The notes: a model not told the origin generated them from the sequence alone. 64,000 bases of DNA from Bacillota bacterium (GCA_012798695.1 JAAZMR010000079.1:9733-73732), one strand, 5' to 3'. Positions 52,510-61,920 are shown, counted from the stretch's first letter. A program made the numbers and translations.

Positions 52510-53208
52510 TCAGTCCTTAGGTACTTGCTTGAAAAGCACTAGATATCTTTCGATGAGGTTCATGATCCAGTTCTCTATGGCGTCACCTTTGACCCAACCG
52601 AGATAGAGCAGTGCGAGAGCTACGCCAGCGACAATGGTCCATCCTTGGATGGTCAAGTTGATTAAGCCTGCACCGGCGATTGTCGATACTAGAATCCCGG
52701 GTGTGCGAAAAAGCAGGAGCAAAATGACAAAGGTCTGTATAGGCATTGGAGTTAGCCCGACGATGAAGCAAAGAGCATCATCAGGCAGAAAAGGCAAAAG
52801 GAAGATCAGGGCGATGCCGCGACGCCCTCTTTTGGTTGTCAGTTTCTCCAAAAAGGCCCTAGTCCTGTGGCCCACAAACCGGTCGACTAGGGGCTTGCCA
52901 AACCATTTGGATAGCTGAAAAACTAGGAGAGAACCAATGAGCATGCTAATCAGGTTGAGTAAGAATCCTAAACCAAGCCCGAAGACATAGCCGCCTGCCA
53001 TTCCTATAACATTGCCCGGCAGAGGGGCAATCAGAATCTGTAAGACATTGAGCAATACAAAGCCAGCCGGTGCCCCAGGGCCGGCCTGATTAAGAAAGGC
53101 TTCCAGTGTATTTCTATCACGAAATAACTGATATAGCTGGGGGCCTGAAAGAAATGGTATGGCTGCAATTATTCCTGCTAAGAGAATCTTTGGCCAACGC
53201 TGCAGCAT
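52510..53208 (-). CDS. TVP38/TMEM64 (DedA-like) family membrane protein
   Basis: Start at internal ATG (MLQRWPKILL) with AAGGGA RBS. Multi-TM. Confidence 0.7.
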   Translation of the reverse strand: MLQRWPKILLAGIIAAIPFLSGPQLYQLFRDRNTLEAFLNQAGPGAPAGFVLLNVLQILIAPLPGNVIGMAGGYVFGLGLGFLLNLISMLIGSLLVFQLSKWFGKPLVDRFVGHRTRAFLEKLTTKRGRRGIALIFLLPFLPDDALCFIVGLTPMPIQTFVILLLLFRTPGILVSTIAGAGLINLTIQGWTIVAGVALALLYLGWVKGDAIENWIMNLIERYLVLFKQVPKD

Positions 53209-53362
53209 CGAATCGTCCCTTTCTTTGTCTAGCAAGATTATATAGCTATGAAAGCGGAAACGCAACTATCGACCCTGCGTATCGGCAGGCATTTGTGTCT
53301 GCTGCGGCGAACTTTCTCGCATGTGAATTTGTCAGGGAAATGTTGAGTGGAGGTGGATAGGA

Positions 53363-54271
53363 ATGCAAAAATGGGCTATTGCTGCCACCTGGCCCTTTGG
53401 ACGTAGGGCCGTCGAGGTTGGTAGTAGATTACTGGATGAGGAACGGAATGGTATCGATGTGGTGGAACAAGCCATACGTGCTGTCGAGCTCGATCCGACC
53501 GTTGATTCGGTGGGGGTAGGGGGAATCCCGAATTATGAGGGGGAAGTGGAGCTGGATGCCGCATTGATGCGTGGAAAGGATCTCGCCATAGGTGCTGTGG
53601 CCGGTGTCAAGAGCTTTCCCAACCCCATCAGCATTGCGCGGTTGGTTTTGGAGAAGACCCCTCATCACCTGATGGTAGGTGATGGGGCAGAGCGGTATGC
53701 TGATGCCCATGGGCTGAAGAGAGATTCGCTGCTCACCTCTAGTTCTCTGGAAAAGTGGAAGAAACGCCGGCAAAGGCAGGTCCAGATCACGGATGAACGG
53801 TGGGGTACGGGTCATGACACCGTGGGGGTTGTGGTTTTAGACAAGGCGGGAGGCATAACCGCAGGTACCTCTACTAGTGGCCTTGCGCTTAAGCTGCCGG
53901 GGCGGGTGGGGGATTCGCCCTTACCGGGCTCGGGCTTGTATGCAGATGATACAGCCGGGGCTGCCGTAGCCACCGGTTGTGGAGAGCTGATCATGCGAGG
54001 CTGTCTTAGTTATGCCATTGTGGAGCTAATGAGGAGCGGCGCTACACCCCAACAGGCCTGTGCAGATGCCCTGGGCCGCCTTGTGGCTAGGCTAGAAAAA
54101 GAGATACCTGTCCGCAATGCCCACCAGGACATGACGAAAATGGCTGTTTTGGCTATGGACCGAGATGGCAACATCGGAGCTGCCGCCAATCACGCAGATT
54201 TTGACTTTGCTTATTGTCTTGCCGAAGATCGGGAAGTGCGTTTGGAACGAGCTAAGATGATCGGTGTATAG
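53363..54271 (+). CDS. isoaspartyl peptidase / L-asparaginase (Ntn-hydrolase, Asparaginase_2)
   Basis: Autoproteolytic site GHDTVGVVVLD (Thr nucleophile) and GAGG motifs. Confidence 0.85.
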   Translation: MQKWAIAATWPFGRRAVEVGSRLLDEERNGIDVVEQAIRAVELDPTVDSVGVGGIPNYEGEVELDAALMRGKDLAIGAVAGVKSFPNPISIARLVLEKTPHHLMVGDGAERYADAHGLKRDSLLTSSSLEKWKKRRQRQVQITDERWGTGHDTVGVVVLDKAGGITAGTSTSGLALKLPGRVGDSPLPGSGLYADDTAGAAVATGCGELIMRGCLSYAIVELMRSGATPQQACADALGRLVARLEKEIPVRNAHQDMTKMAVLAMDRDGNIGAAANHADFDFAYCLAEDREVRLERAKMIGV

Positions 54272-54369
54272 TAGGGCAATACCGGCCTTAGTCAGCCGGG
54301 CTCTGCCTGACACTCTATGCCAGCTCGGGTGTATGGGATTGGTGGTGTACTGGCAATTGAAAATGCCTC

Positions 54370-54398
54370 TTGGCTATCAATAAATAATGTGGTAAAAT
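54370..54398 (+). promoter_or_regulatory. promoter TTGGCT-17-TAAAAT inside an AT-rich island
   Basis: Hexamers with a 17-nt spacer, about 110 nt upstream of the TTG start at 54511. Confidence 0.45.
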
Positions 54399-54510
54399 AA
54401 AAACTTGGTTGGTCAGTATATAAAAGGAGAGGGCGAAGATTAGTTCTGGTGGGAAGCGTTGTTGGCAAAAACACAAAAAAATTTCTAGGTATAGGAAAGG
54501 AAGATAATGG

Positions 54511-55548
54511 TTGAAAAGAACAACGGTTATCATTCTAGTATGCGCAGCATTGTTTGCTCTGGCGATTGGGACTTCGGCCATGGCAGCAGGAGCTCCGGTT
54601 AAACTCGGACTTGGTCATATTACATCGATTGCCAAATCAAAGGATCTAGGTGTTGATGGCAAAGGTAACGTCATCCCGCCAATGGCTCAAGTGGATAGCG
54701 TCATTGCAGCTGTGGCTTTTGATGCTCAGGGTAGAGTGGTAAAGGTCACTCTCGATAGCGCCCAAAGCAAGATCAATTTCAACAAAGATTTTACAGTCTC
54801 CACAGATCTGACCACCAAAGGGTTGACCAAAGTAGAGTTAGGCAATGATTATGGCATGCGCAAAGCCTCGTCCATTGGTAAAGAGTGGAACGAGCAGATA
54901 GCTGAGTTGGAAGAGTGGATGATCGGCAAGACAGTGGCAGAGATCAGGAATCTCAAAGTCAAACAGCGAGATGCTGGGCATCCAGCAGTGCCAGATGTGC
55001 CAGAACTTACATCCTTGGTTACGATCACTGTCCAGGATTATATTGCCGCAGTGGAAGAAGCTTGGGAAAATGCCGTGCCCGTAGCTGCAGGTGGTCGCCA
55101 CTTAGGACTAGGTCATGAAATCTCTCTGGCCAAGTCGAAGCCTGCTAATGCACAGGTTAATACTACTATCGCTGCTTCACTGTTCGATAAGGATGGTAAA
55201 GTGGTAGGTGTCATCCTTGATGTCATACAGACACATGTGCCTTTTGATGCGAAGACAGCCAAGGTAACAGCTGATCGAGATGCAGACGTCAAGAGCAAGA
55301 AAGAACTTGGTGATGCCTATGGCATGGTTCGGGCTTCCGCAATCAAGAAGGAATGGCATGAGCAGGTCGCAGAGTTAGAGCAATGGATGATGGGCAAGAC
55401 CGCCAAGGAGATCCAAGCTCTTAAGGTGAAGCAAAAGGACGCCAACCATGTAGCAGTGCCGGATGTTTCCGAACTCACTTCTCGGGTGACTATGACAGTA
55501 GAGAGCTTTCTCTTTGCAGTGGGCGAGTCCTACACCAGTGCGAAATAA
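54511..55548 (+). CDS. secreted protein with internal tandem duplication (two ~160-aa homologous domains), unknown family. TTG start.
   Basis: Sec signal peptide (…AMA-AG). Domain 2 repeats domain 1, for example LGNDYGMRKASSIGKEWNEQIAELEEWMIGKT against LGDAYGMVRASAIKKEWHEQVAELEQWMMGKT. Confidence 0.7.
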   Translation: MKRTTVIILVCAALFALAIGTSAMAAGAPVKLGLGHITSIAKSKDLGVDGKGNVIPPMAQVDSVIAAVAFDAQGRVVKVTLDSAQSKINFNKDFTVSTDLTTKGLTKVELGNDYGMRKASSIGKEWNEQIAELEEWMIGKTVAEIRNLKVKQRDAGHPAVPDVPELTSLVTITVQDYIAAVEEAWENAVPVAAGGRHLGLGHEISLAKSKPANAQVNTTIAASLFDKDGKVVGVILDVIQTHVPFDAKTAKVTADRDADVKSKKELGDAYGMVRASAIKKEWHEQVAELEQWMMGKTAKEIQALKVKQKDANHVAVPDVSELTSRVTMTVESFLFAVGESYTSAK

Positions 55549-55601
55549 GAGCTAGGGTGTGACCACAGTGGTCAGCATAGGTGTAGTGCTAGCGAACATG
55601 G

Positions 55602-55641
55602 CCAATCCAGCCTCCTCTACTAGTAGGGGAGGCTGGATTGG
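55602..55641 (+). terminator. perfect 14-bp-stem hairpin CCAATCCAGCCTCC-N12-GGAGGCTGGATTGG
   Basis: Located between the tandem-domain gene and apbE. No T-run follows. Confidence 0.55.
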
Positions 55642-55705
55642 TAAGAGGGTCTATGCGAATAAGCACATAGACCATTAGGGTAAGTAGAGTGGACTGGTGG
55701 TGCGG

Positions 55706-56806
55706 ATGAGCAAATCAAGTGTCAGGCTTCTCATAGGTCTTATGCTGATCGCGCTCTTGGGGGGAGCTTTTGCTATCTATCAAGCTGCGGCGCATCGATA
55801 TGAGAAATATACCAATAGCTTTCTCGATACCTTCAATACTGTCACTGTTGTTGTGGCATATGCACGGAGCCAAGAGGAATTTGACTCCTATTATGAGAGG
55901 ATCCACAAGCGGTTTCAGGAGTTGCATCAGCTCTACGATATTTATCATGACTATCCGGGTATCCATAACATCAAGACCATCAATGACAATGCCGGTATCC
56001 AGCCAGTGAAGGTAGATGCGGAGATCATTGACCTGATCCTATTTGCTAAAGAATGGCATCGGCGGACTCATGGCCAGACCAACATAGCTATGGGATCAGT
56101 GCTTGACATATGGCACAAATACCGGGAAGCAGGGCGCAATGATCCTGAGTTAGCCGTACTGCCGCCACTTGAGGAGTTAAAGGCTGCACTGCAGCATACA
56201 GACATCGATCGTATTGTGGTGGATCAGCATGAGGGTACGGTATATCTAACCGACAGTAAGATGTGTCTGGATGTCGGGGCAGTCGCTAAGGGTTATGCTG
56301 CGGAGCTGGTCATCAAGGAGATGGAGGCAGAGGGCCTTGAGTCGGTCATGATCAGTGCCGGTGGGAATATCCGGGCTGTCGGCAAGCCCTTGGATGGTCT
56401 ACGGGAGAGATGGGGAGTAGGCATTCAAGATCCCAGTAGATCGATTTTCTCTGATGATGGGTTGCTTGATGTTGTGTTCATCAATGATGCGGCAGTGGTG
56501 AGTAGTGGTGATTACCAGAGATACTACATTGTTGATGGGAAACCGTTTCACCATCTAATCGACCTGGTTACACTCATGCCGGCAGATTATTACCGGGCAG
56601 TAACAGTGGTGGCGAACGACTCGGGTGTGGCTGATTTTCTCTCAACAGAGCTGTTTTTGCTTCCGTTTGCAGAGAGCAAGGCATTGGCCGAAGGGTTAGA
56701 AGATGTGGAGGCTCTTTGGGTCATGCCTGATGGCCGAGTAGAAGCGACCTCTGGCATGCACAGAATCATGCGCAGCCATGGTGCCTCAGGTGCAGACCCT
56801 GATTGA
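55706..56806 (+). CDS. apbE: FAD:protein FMN transferase (ApbE family), N-terminal membrane anchor
   Basis: ApbE fold motifs (GAVAKGYA, SAGGNI). N-terminal TM helix without lipobox Cys. Confidence 0.85.
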   Translation: MSKSSVRLLIGLMLIALLGGAFAIYQAAAHRYEKYTNSFLDTFNTVTVVVAYARSQEEFDSYYERIHKRFQELHQLYDIYHDYPGIHNIKTINDNAGIQPVKVDAEIIDLILFAKEWHRRTHGQTNIAMGSVLDIWHKYREAGRNDPELAVLPPLEELKAALQHTDIDRIVVDQHEGTVYLTDSKMCLDVGAVAKGYAAELVIKEMEAEGLESVMISAGGNIRAVGKPLDGLRERWGVGIQDPSRSIFSDDGLLDVVFINDAAVVSSGDYQRYYIVDGKPFHHLIDLVTLMPADYYRAVTVVANDSGVADFLSTELFLLPFAESKALAEGLEDVEALWVMPDGRVEATSGMHRIMRSHGASGADPD

Positions 56807-56837
56807 TGGCTGCGAGCTCCTCCATTGCAGGCGTTGC

Positions 56838-57866
56838 TCATACGGGATGACATACCAGATAGACAGTGGGTAGAGAGCCGTGTAGGCTGATTTTCAGCAG
56901 GGGTCGGCATATGAGCTGGGCTAGGTTACAGGCGTGGTCTATGGCCTCTTCCCTATCGGTCAGCATGATAGCTCTTCCAGTGGGTGCTAATACCCGCTTA
57001 GTTTCCAATAGGAATTGCCGATATAGGGTCTCGATCTCTTGGGGGGCAGCAATCTGCTTGCCCCAAGGCAAATTGGTAACGATGGCGTTCACTGATGCGG
57101 ACGGTGTGTCCCACAGATCACAGGCATCCAGACAACGCAGGGTGACCTCGGCTGGGGCATTTTCCCTTGCGGCCTCGATTGCTGTAGGTGAGATATCCCC
57201 ACCGGTAATCGAAACCGCCTCATAGGTTGCTCGTTCGATGGGAATGGTACCTGAACCACAAAATGGGTCAAGGAACACATCACTGGACCGGGGTTCAGAT
57301 AGCCAGACCAAAGCATGGGCGATAGGAGGCCGCAGTGCAGCCCGGGAGAACGTGCGCTGCCCTCGAAACCGGAAGGCTGCACTAGTCAGCTTCAGTGAAA
57401 TGAGGGCATCATGGTCAACTATATCTAATCGAAATTCGCAGTCATACGCCTCGGTTGTACCGGGAACAAACCCATGGGCAGCGGTGAGTCCTTCCAACAC
57501 AGCCCAGCCAGCATCAAATCGATTGAAGGTATGGTGTCCACTACGGCTGGCATTGACAATTGCCCTGGCCTTAGTTTTCGGTAACAGATAGGGGATGTCC
57601 GGGAAATGCATGTTCTCGATGTCCTTAGTCAGGTGTTCCAGATCAGCCTTATGGGGTCCGACTTTCAGCCAACCTATATGAACGTAGATATTGTCCACAC
57701 ATCGCAGCTGCTGCAGGTCTTCCCAAGGGGAATTGGCAACGAAGAGGACTCGTCCCCGCAGTTGGGCTTGAATCCAGGCTCCTGGCAGTTTAGTGGTGAG
57801 TTCTGAGATGGCAACATCCTCTAGACCCGGTGCGACCGTGACCATATATGTGGGAACGGTTGACAT
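56838..57866 (-). CDS. THUMP-domain class I SAM-dependent RNA methyltransferase (UPF0020, RlmL N-terminal-half-like)
   Basis: DPFCGSGT (motif I) and NLPWG (motif IV) after an N-terminal THUMP-like region. Confidence 0.75.
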   Translation of the reverse strand: MSTVPTYMVTVAPGLEDVAISELTTKLPGAWIQAQLRGRVLFVANSPWEDLQQLRCVDNIYVHIGWLKVGPHKADLEHLTKDIENMHFPDIPYLLPKTKARAIVNASRSGHHTFNRFDAGWAVLEGLTAAHGFVPGTTEAYDCEFRLDIVDHDALISLKLTSAAFRFRGQRTFSRAALRPPIAHALVWLSEPRSSDVFLDPFCGSGTIPIERATYEAVSITGGDISPTAIEAARENAPAEVTLRCLDACDLWDTPSASVNAIVTNLPWGKQIAAPQEIETLYRQFLLETKRVLAPTGRAIMLTDREEAIDHACNLAQLICRPLLKISLHGSLPTVYLVCHPV

Positions 57867-57938
57867 GAATGCCCTCCTAGATATCAGTGGGAGCGGGCCA
57901 GCCCCTGCCCAGGAGGGCAGGAGCTCGCCTTTGCAAGA

Positions 57939-59924
57939 CTAGGCTTCCCGCAACACCTTCACTTCATAAGGCTCTAGTTCGATCTTGCCAGTCATAGGCG
58001 TTTCTGTCAACACATCGACATAATCATTGGGTAGAACAGCGGTCTGCGTGTTTGGTTCATGGTTGAGCAGGAAAAGCAATCGCATGCCGTCTTTTTCCCG
58101 AATTGCGGTCTCAATGCCAGTCTCGGCTAGGGCACCATGGGCCACACCGGCTTTAACTAACACGTAATCGATCAGTCTGGAAGTGAGATCAGCATCCAGC
58201 CGAGTACCTACATAGATGGCCTCACCCTTGTCGAAGGCATTTTGGGTGACAGCTGCTTTGCCAGCGTAATATTCTGTGCTGTATTTGGCTAAGACCTGAG
58301 CGGTACGAGGGACGATCACATCAGACCAGGTACAGGCATTGCCCTCTAGCTCTTGGCCCTCCAGCTCCATGGTGATTCCAATCGGGGCATCTCCATAAAT
58401 TGAATCATATTCCTCTATCTCGATTCCCATGAGTTCTGACAGTTCACCAGGTAGGGTTTTCTCGGTTACAGCGTTATTCCAGTCCTTAACACCGGAGCGG
58501 AAAGTTGTAATCAATATGCCTCCGGCTTGCACAAACTGGGTCAGTTTGCCGACAAGTTCTGGTGTCATCAGGTACAGCAGTGGCGCGATCAGGATCTTGT
58601 ACTCAGAGAAATCATCAGCATGGTTAATCAGATCGACACCGATATTGAGCTCATGGAAGCGTGTGTAGTATTCCTTTGCTATCGCAATGTAGTTTAGGTT
58701 GGGGTTATTGGGCTGAATCTGCAAAGCCCAGAGCTGGTCATAAGAGTATAACATAGCCACTTCGTTTTTTACCTGGGTTCCCTGAAGTAAAGGCCACAGC
58801 TGCTTCAGCTCCTCACCAGTCTGCTGGACCTCCTGGTAGCGACGGCGGGGTCTGCCGTCATGGTCGAGGATGCCATGCCAGTATTCCTCGGTGCCAAACC
58901 GACAAGTGCGCCATCGGAAATATACTATGCCATCGGCTCCGCGGGATACGGCCTGGTATGTCCAAAGGCGAATCTCGCCGGGGCGAGGCATAGAACCAAC
59001 CAGTTCCCAACCGCTGGGTCCACTTTGTTCTTCCATCACCCAGAAGTTTTGTTTGCGGATTCCCCGCATCAGATCATGGCTCAGTGCTAGACGTGTACTA
59101 TCTGGTGCTCCGCCACCCCTAGGATAATTATCCCAGGAAATGAAGTCTAGGTCAGCACAGAGCTTGTAATAATCAATTTCCGGGAACAGCCCCATGAGGT
59201 TATGAGTGATAAACTGGTTTTCGGCATGCTGGCGAAGTATGCGGATCTGGCGTGCTTGATACTCCACTTTCATGTCTGAGGAAAAGCGATAAAAATCCAG
59301 TAGTAAACCGGGGTTGTGTGAGGCCACAGTCTTTCTGGGTATGATCACTTGATCCCACGAGGTATATATCTGGCTCCAGAAAACCGTTCCCCAGGCTTGG
59401 TTTAGTGCCTCCAAAGTCCCGTATTTCCGCTGGAGCCATTGGTGAAATGCCTTCTGGCAAGAATCGCAATAGCATCTTGTGGTGGAGTGGCAACCAAACT
59501 CATTGTCTGTCTGCCAACCAATGACTCCTGGGTGGTGACCATAGTGCTCGGCCAATTGGCCCACGATCAGATCACTATACCAGTGATAGGTCTTGTTAGT
59601 GGAACAATAATGACAACGAGAACCAAAACCACGCACGTGACCGTCGGCATCAACTGGCAAAATATCCGGGTGCTTGTCGATCAGCCATTTGGGCGGGGTA
59701 GCTGTAGGGGTGCCTATGATCACTTGAATATTATGCCTGTTGAGAATCTCGATAGCCTTGTCTAGCCAGGCGAAATCATAGCATCCCTCGGCCGGCTCCA
59801 ATTTGGACCAGGCAAACTCGGCCACCCTCACCACGTTCAGGTTCGCCGCTTGCATCAGTTGTGCATCTGTCTCCCAGCGCTCTTCTGGCCAGTGTTCGGG
59901 GTAGTAATCTGCTCCGTAATGCAT
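57939..59924 (-). CDS. beta-galactosidase, glycoside hydrolase family 42
   Basis: N-terminal HYGADYYPEHWPEE and NVVRVAEFAWSKLEP motifs, GH42 trimerisation domain. 661 aa. Confidence 0.9.
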   Translation of the reverse strand: MHYGADYYPEHWPEERWETDAQLMQAANLNVVRVAEFAWSKLEPAEGCYDFAWLDKAIEILNRHNIQVIIGTPTATPPKWLIDKHPDILPVDADGHVRGFGSRCHYCSTNKTYHWYSDLIVGQLAEHYGHHPGVIGWQTDNEFGCHSTTRCYCDSCQKAFHQWLQRKYGTLEALNQAWGTVFWSQIYTSWDQVIIPRKTVASHNPGLLLDFYRFSSDMKVEYQARQIRILRQHAENQFITHNLMGLFPEIDYYKLCADLDFISWDNYPRGGGAPDSTRLALSHDLMRGIRKQNFWVMEEQSGPSGWELVGSMPRPGEIRLWTYQAVSRGADGIVYFRWRTCRFGTEEYWHGILDHDGRPRRRYQEVQQTGEELKQLWPLLQGTQVKNEVAMLYSYDQLWALQIQPNNPNLNYIAIAKEYYTRFHELNIGVDLINHADDFSEYKILIAPLLYLMTPELVGKLTQFVQAGGILITTFRSGVKDWNNAVTEKTLPGELSELMGIEIEEYDSIYGDAPIGITMELEGQELEGNACTWSDVIVPRTAQVLAKYSTEYYAGKAAVTQNAFDKGEAIYVGTRLDADLTSRLIDYVLVKAGVAHGALAETGIETAIREKDGMRLLFLLNHEPNTQTAVLPNDYVDVLTETPMTGKIELEPYEVKVLREA

Positions 59925-60147
59925 TGTTACCCTCCTCTGGTAAAGTTCCCATTTCCGTAGAATATTTTCGCTATACTGCCGGCCTTTCCTTCTCGTGACA
60001 TGTCAGAAAGAGGGGACTAGCAGAGGAAAGCTTGGGTTGGGGAATTGTCTGAAATAACAGGCGGTGGCAGGATAAGGCTCCAAAAAGGTGGAAAGCGGAC
60101 ATGACAAGCTAAATGCCATCAGCATGGGGATGAGAGGGGACATAGGC

Positions 60148-61098
60148 ATGGCTCGTTTGGCGATCGGGATAGATATTGGCGGGACTAAGATGGCGGGTGG
60201 ATTAGTCGATCCGGAGGGCAGAATTCATTATGCTCAAACGGTGGCGACCCCGCCTCAATTTGATTTGCTGGAACGGGATCTTTTTCACCTGGTGGAAAGG
60301 TTATTGCAGGCCGCCCCCAGCGGTGCAGATGTTTTGGGCATTGGAGTTGCTGTACCGGGTGTGGTTGATCGCCACCATGGTGTTGCAGTCTCTGCCTGCA
60401 ATCTGCCCTGGCGTGATTTTGGCATTAGGGAGCTGTTGGAGAGTCGGTATGATATCCCAACTCGGATTGAGAATGACGCTGATGCCGCTGCCCTCGGGAT
60501 TTACAGATATGCGTCAGAAGCTCAAGGCCTTGAAAACTTTGTCTTGATGACCATAGGTACAGGGGTAGGTGGTGGCATTATTCTGAATGGGAAGCTGCAT
60601 GGGGGTGAATGGCCCTTGGCAGGAGAAGTGGGCCACATGATCATCTTGCCCGATGGCCCCCAGTGCAACTGTGGTTCCAAAGGGTGTCTGGAAACCTTGG
60701 CTTCGGGCACGGCTATTGGCCGGTATGCCTTGGAGAAGTTGCGAACAGAGCCGAGGGGCCATCTTCGTTCAATCTTACAGGAGACCGGCAAGGTCACAGC
60801 CTTCGATGTTATCGTTGCCGCTGAAAAAGGTGATGCTCTTGCTCAGGAAGTATTGAGGGAAGTGGCATGGTTTCTAGCTATTGGTATGCTCAATGTACAC
60901 AGAATGCTTTCACCAGAGGCAATTGTGGTTGGGGGTGGGGTGGTCAAGGAAAGTGAGATTCTACTGAATTACGTTAAGGCAGCCTTGACAGATTTCGCTC
61001 CTGATATGTGCATCCGGATAGTGCAAATCAAGGGGGGGTCCATCAGTGGGCTCAGAGGGGCTGCCGCCATTGTCTGGGAAGAAATCGCAAAACAATAA
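60148..61098 (+). CDS. ROK-family sugar kinase (glucokinase-like, no HTH)
   Basis: IGIDIGGTK. Zn motif CNCGSKGCLE. No N-terminal DNA-binding domain. GAGAGGGG RBS before ATG 60148. Confidence 0.85.
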   Translation: MARLAIGIDIGGTKMAGGLVDPEGRIHYAQTVATPPQFDLLERDLFHLVERLLQAAPSGADVLGIGVAVPGVVDRHHGVAVSACNLPWRDFGIRELLESRYDIPTRIENDADAAALGIYRYASEAQGLENFVLMTIGTGVGGGIILNGKLHGGEWPLAGEVGHMIILPDGPQCNCGSKGCLETLASGTAIGRYALEKLRTEPRGHLRSILQETGKVTAFDVIVAAEKGDALAQEVLREVAWFLAIGMLNVHRMLSPEAIVVGGGVVKESEILLNYVKAALTDFAPDMCIRIVQIKGGSISGLRGAAAIVWEEIAKQ

Positions 61099-61154
61099 AG
61101 CCCCTGCCTTGCCGAGAGAGATACATGGTCTTTGGGAATGGAGCAACAGGGCTC

Positions 61155-61535
61155 TTATTCACCGGAACCTTCATCAGAGTGTGATTGCTGCTGCCCTTTC
61201 TTGGAGAACCGTTTCGTTACTTCCCGAGTTAAGACTTCCAGCAACTCGGCGCCTTCCGGTGTCAAGTCTTCTGCAACAGTCCAACCGCGATCGGGTGGAA
61301 GTGTGGCTGTGTCATCGCCTTTTCTGGTGGGATCCGCTACACGGCCCAGTAGGTAATCTACAGATACATCGAATACATCGGCCAGTCTCACCAGCATAGT
61401 GGTATCCGGGGAACGCTGGCCTCCCTCATACAAGGAGACGGTACTGCTAGAGCAGCCCAACAGCTCGCCGAGCTGTACCTGCGTTAGGTTAGCTTGTTGG
61501 CGTAGATGGCGGACACGCTTGCCCAATACCGTCAT
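61155..61535 (-). CDS. XRE-family HTH regulator, SinR-like (HTH plus C-terminal helical tail)
   Basis: MTVLGKRVRHLRQQANLTQVQLGELLG…LVRLADVFDVSVDYLLG closely resembles the SinR HTH region. The upstream part of the track ORF is intergenic read-through. Confidence 0.7.
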   Translation of the reverse strand: MTVLGKRVRHLRQQANLTQVQLGELLGCSSSTVSLYEGGQRSPDTTMLVRLADVFDVSVDYLLGRVADPTRKGDDTATLPPDRGWTVAEDLTPEGAELLEVLTREVTKRFSKKGQQQSHSDEGSGE

Positions 61536-61590
61536 TAGAGTCTCCCTCCTTAGAGAGAGTTTATCACGTTCTGCAATATTCTGGAAGCGA

Positions 61591-61643
61591 TCATTGCAAA
61601 ACGTAGAGATGTACTTGACTTTTGCGTATTGCAAAGTTAAACT
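61591..61643. promoter_or_regulatory. divergent promoter/operator region: inverted repeat GCAAAA-N18-TTTTGC flanked by TTGCAA repeats; TTGACT-17-TAAACT promoter for the + gene
   Basis: Seen directly between the two XRE genes. Confidence 0.35.
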
Positions 61644-61693
61644 GTAGACAAAGGTTATCTGTTTGGAGATAAACTCTTTAGGAGGTACCAAGG

Positions 61694-61920
61694 TGGGTGA
61701 ATCTCTGTTGCGGCGAGTACGTGTTTCCAGGGGAATGACACAAAAGGAAGTTGCTTTAGCCATTGGCATGCCGCAGAGTACATATTGTCTAATCGAGCAT
61801 GGCAAACGCCCTGCCGATTGGTCTACTGTACAGAAAATATGTGACCTCTTCGAGATTGCGCATGATGACTTATTTGTACCGAAGCGCTTTGCAGTTCGCA
61901 AAAACTGTGTCAGGTTGTGA
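61694..61920 (+). CDS. small XRE-family HTH protein (75 aa), GTG start
   Basis: GMTQKEVALAIGMPQSTYCLIEHGKR HTH. AGGAGG 7 nt before GTG 61694. Confidence 0.6.

Noticed and set aside
54315-54581. 88-aa hydrophobic ORF on the minus strand inside the AT-rich spacer
   Set aside because: Overlaps the promoter and the 5' end of the secreted tandem-domain gene. The Phe/Leu/Ile/His-rich translation is what AT-rich DNA gives by chance. No RBS.
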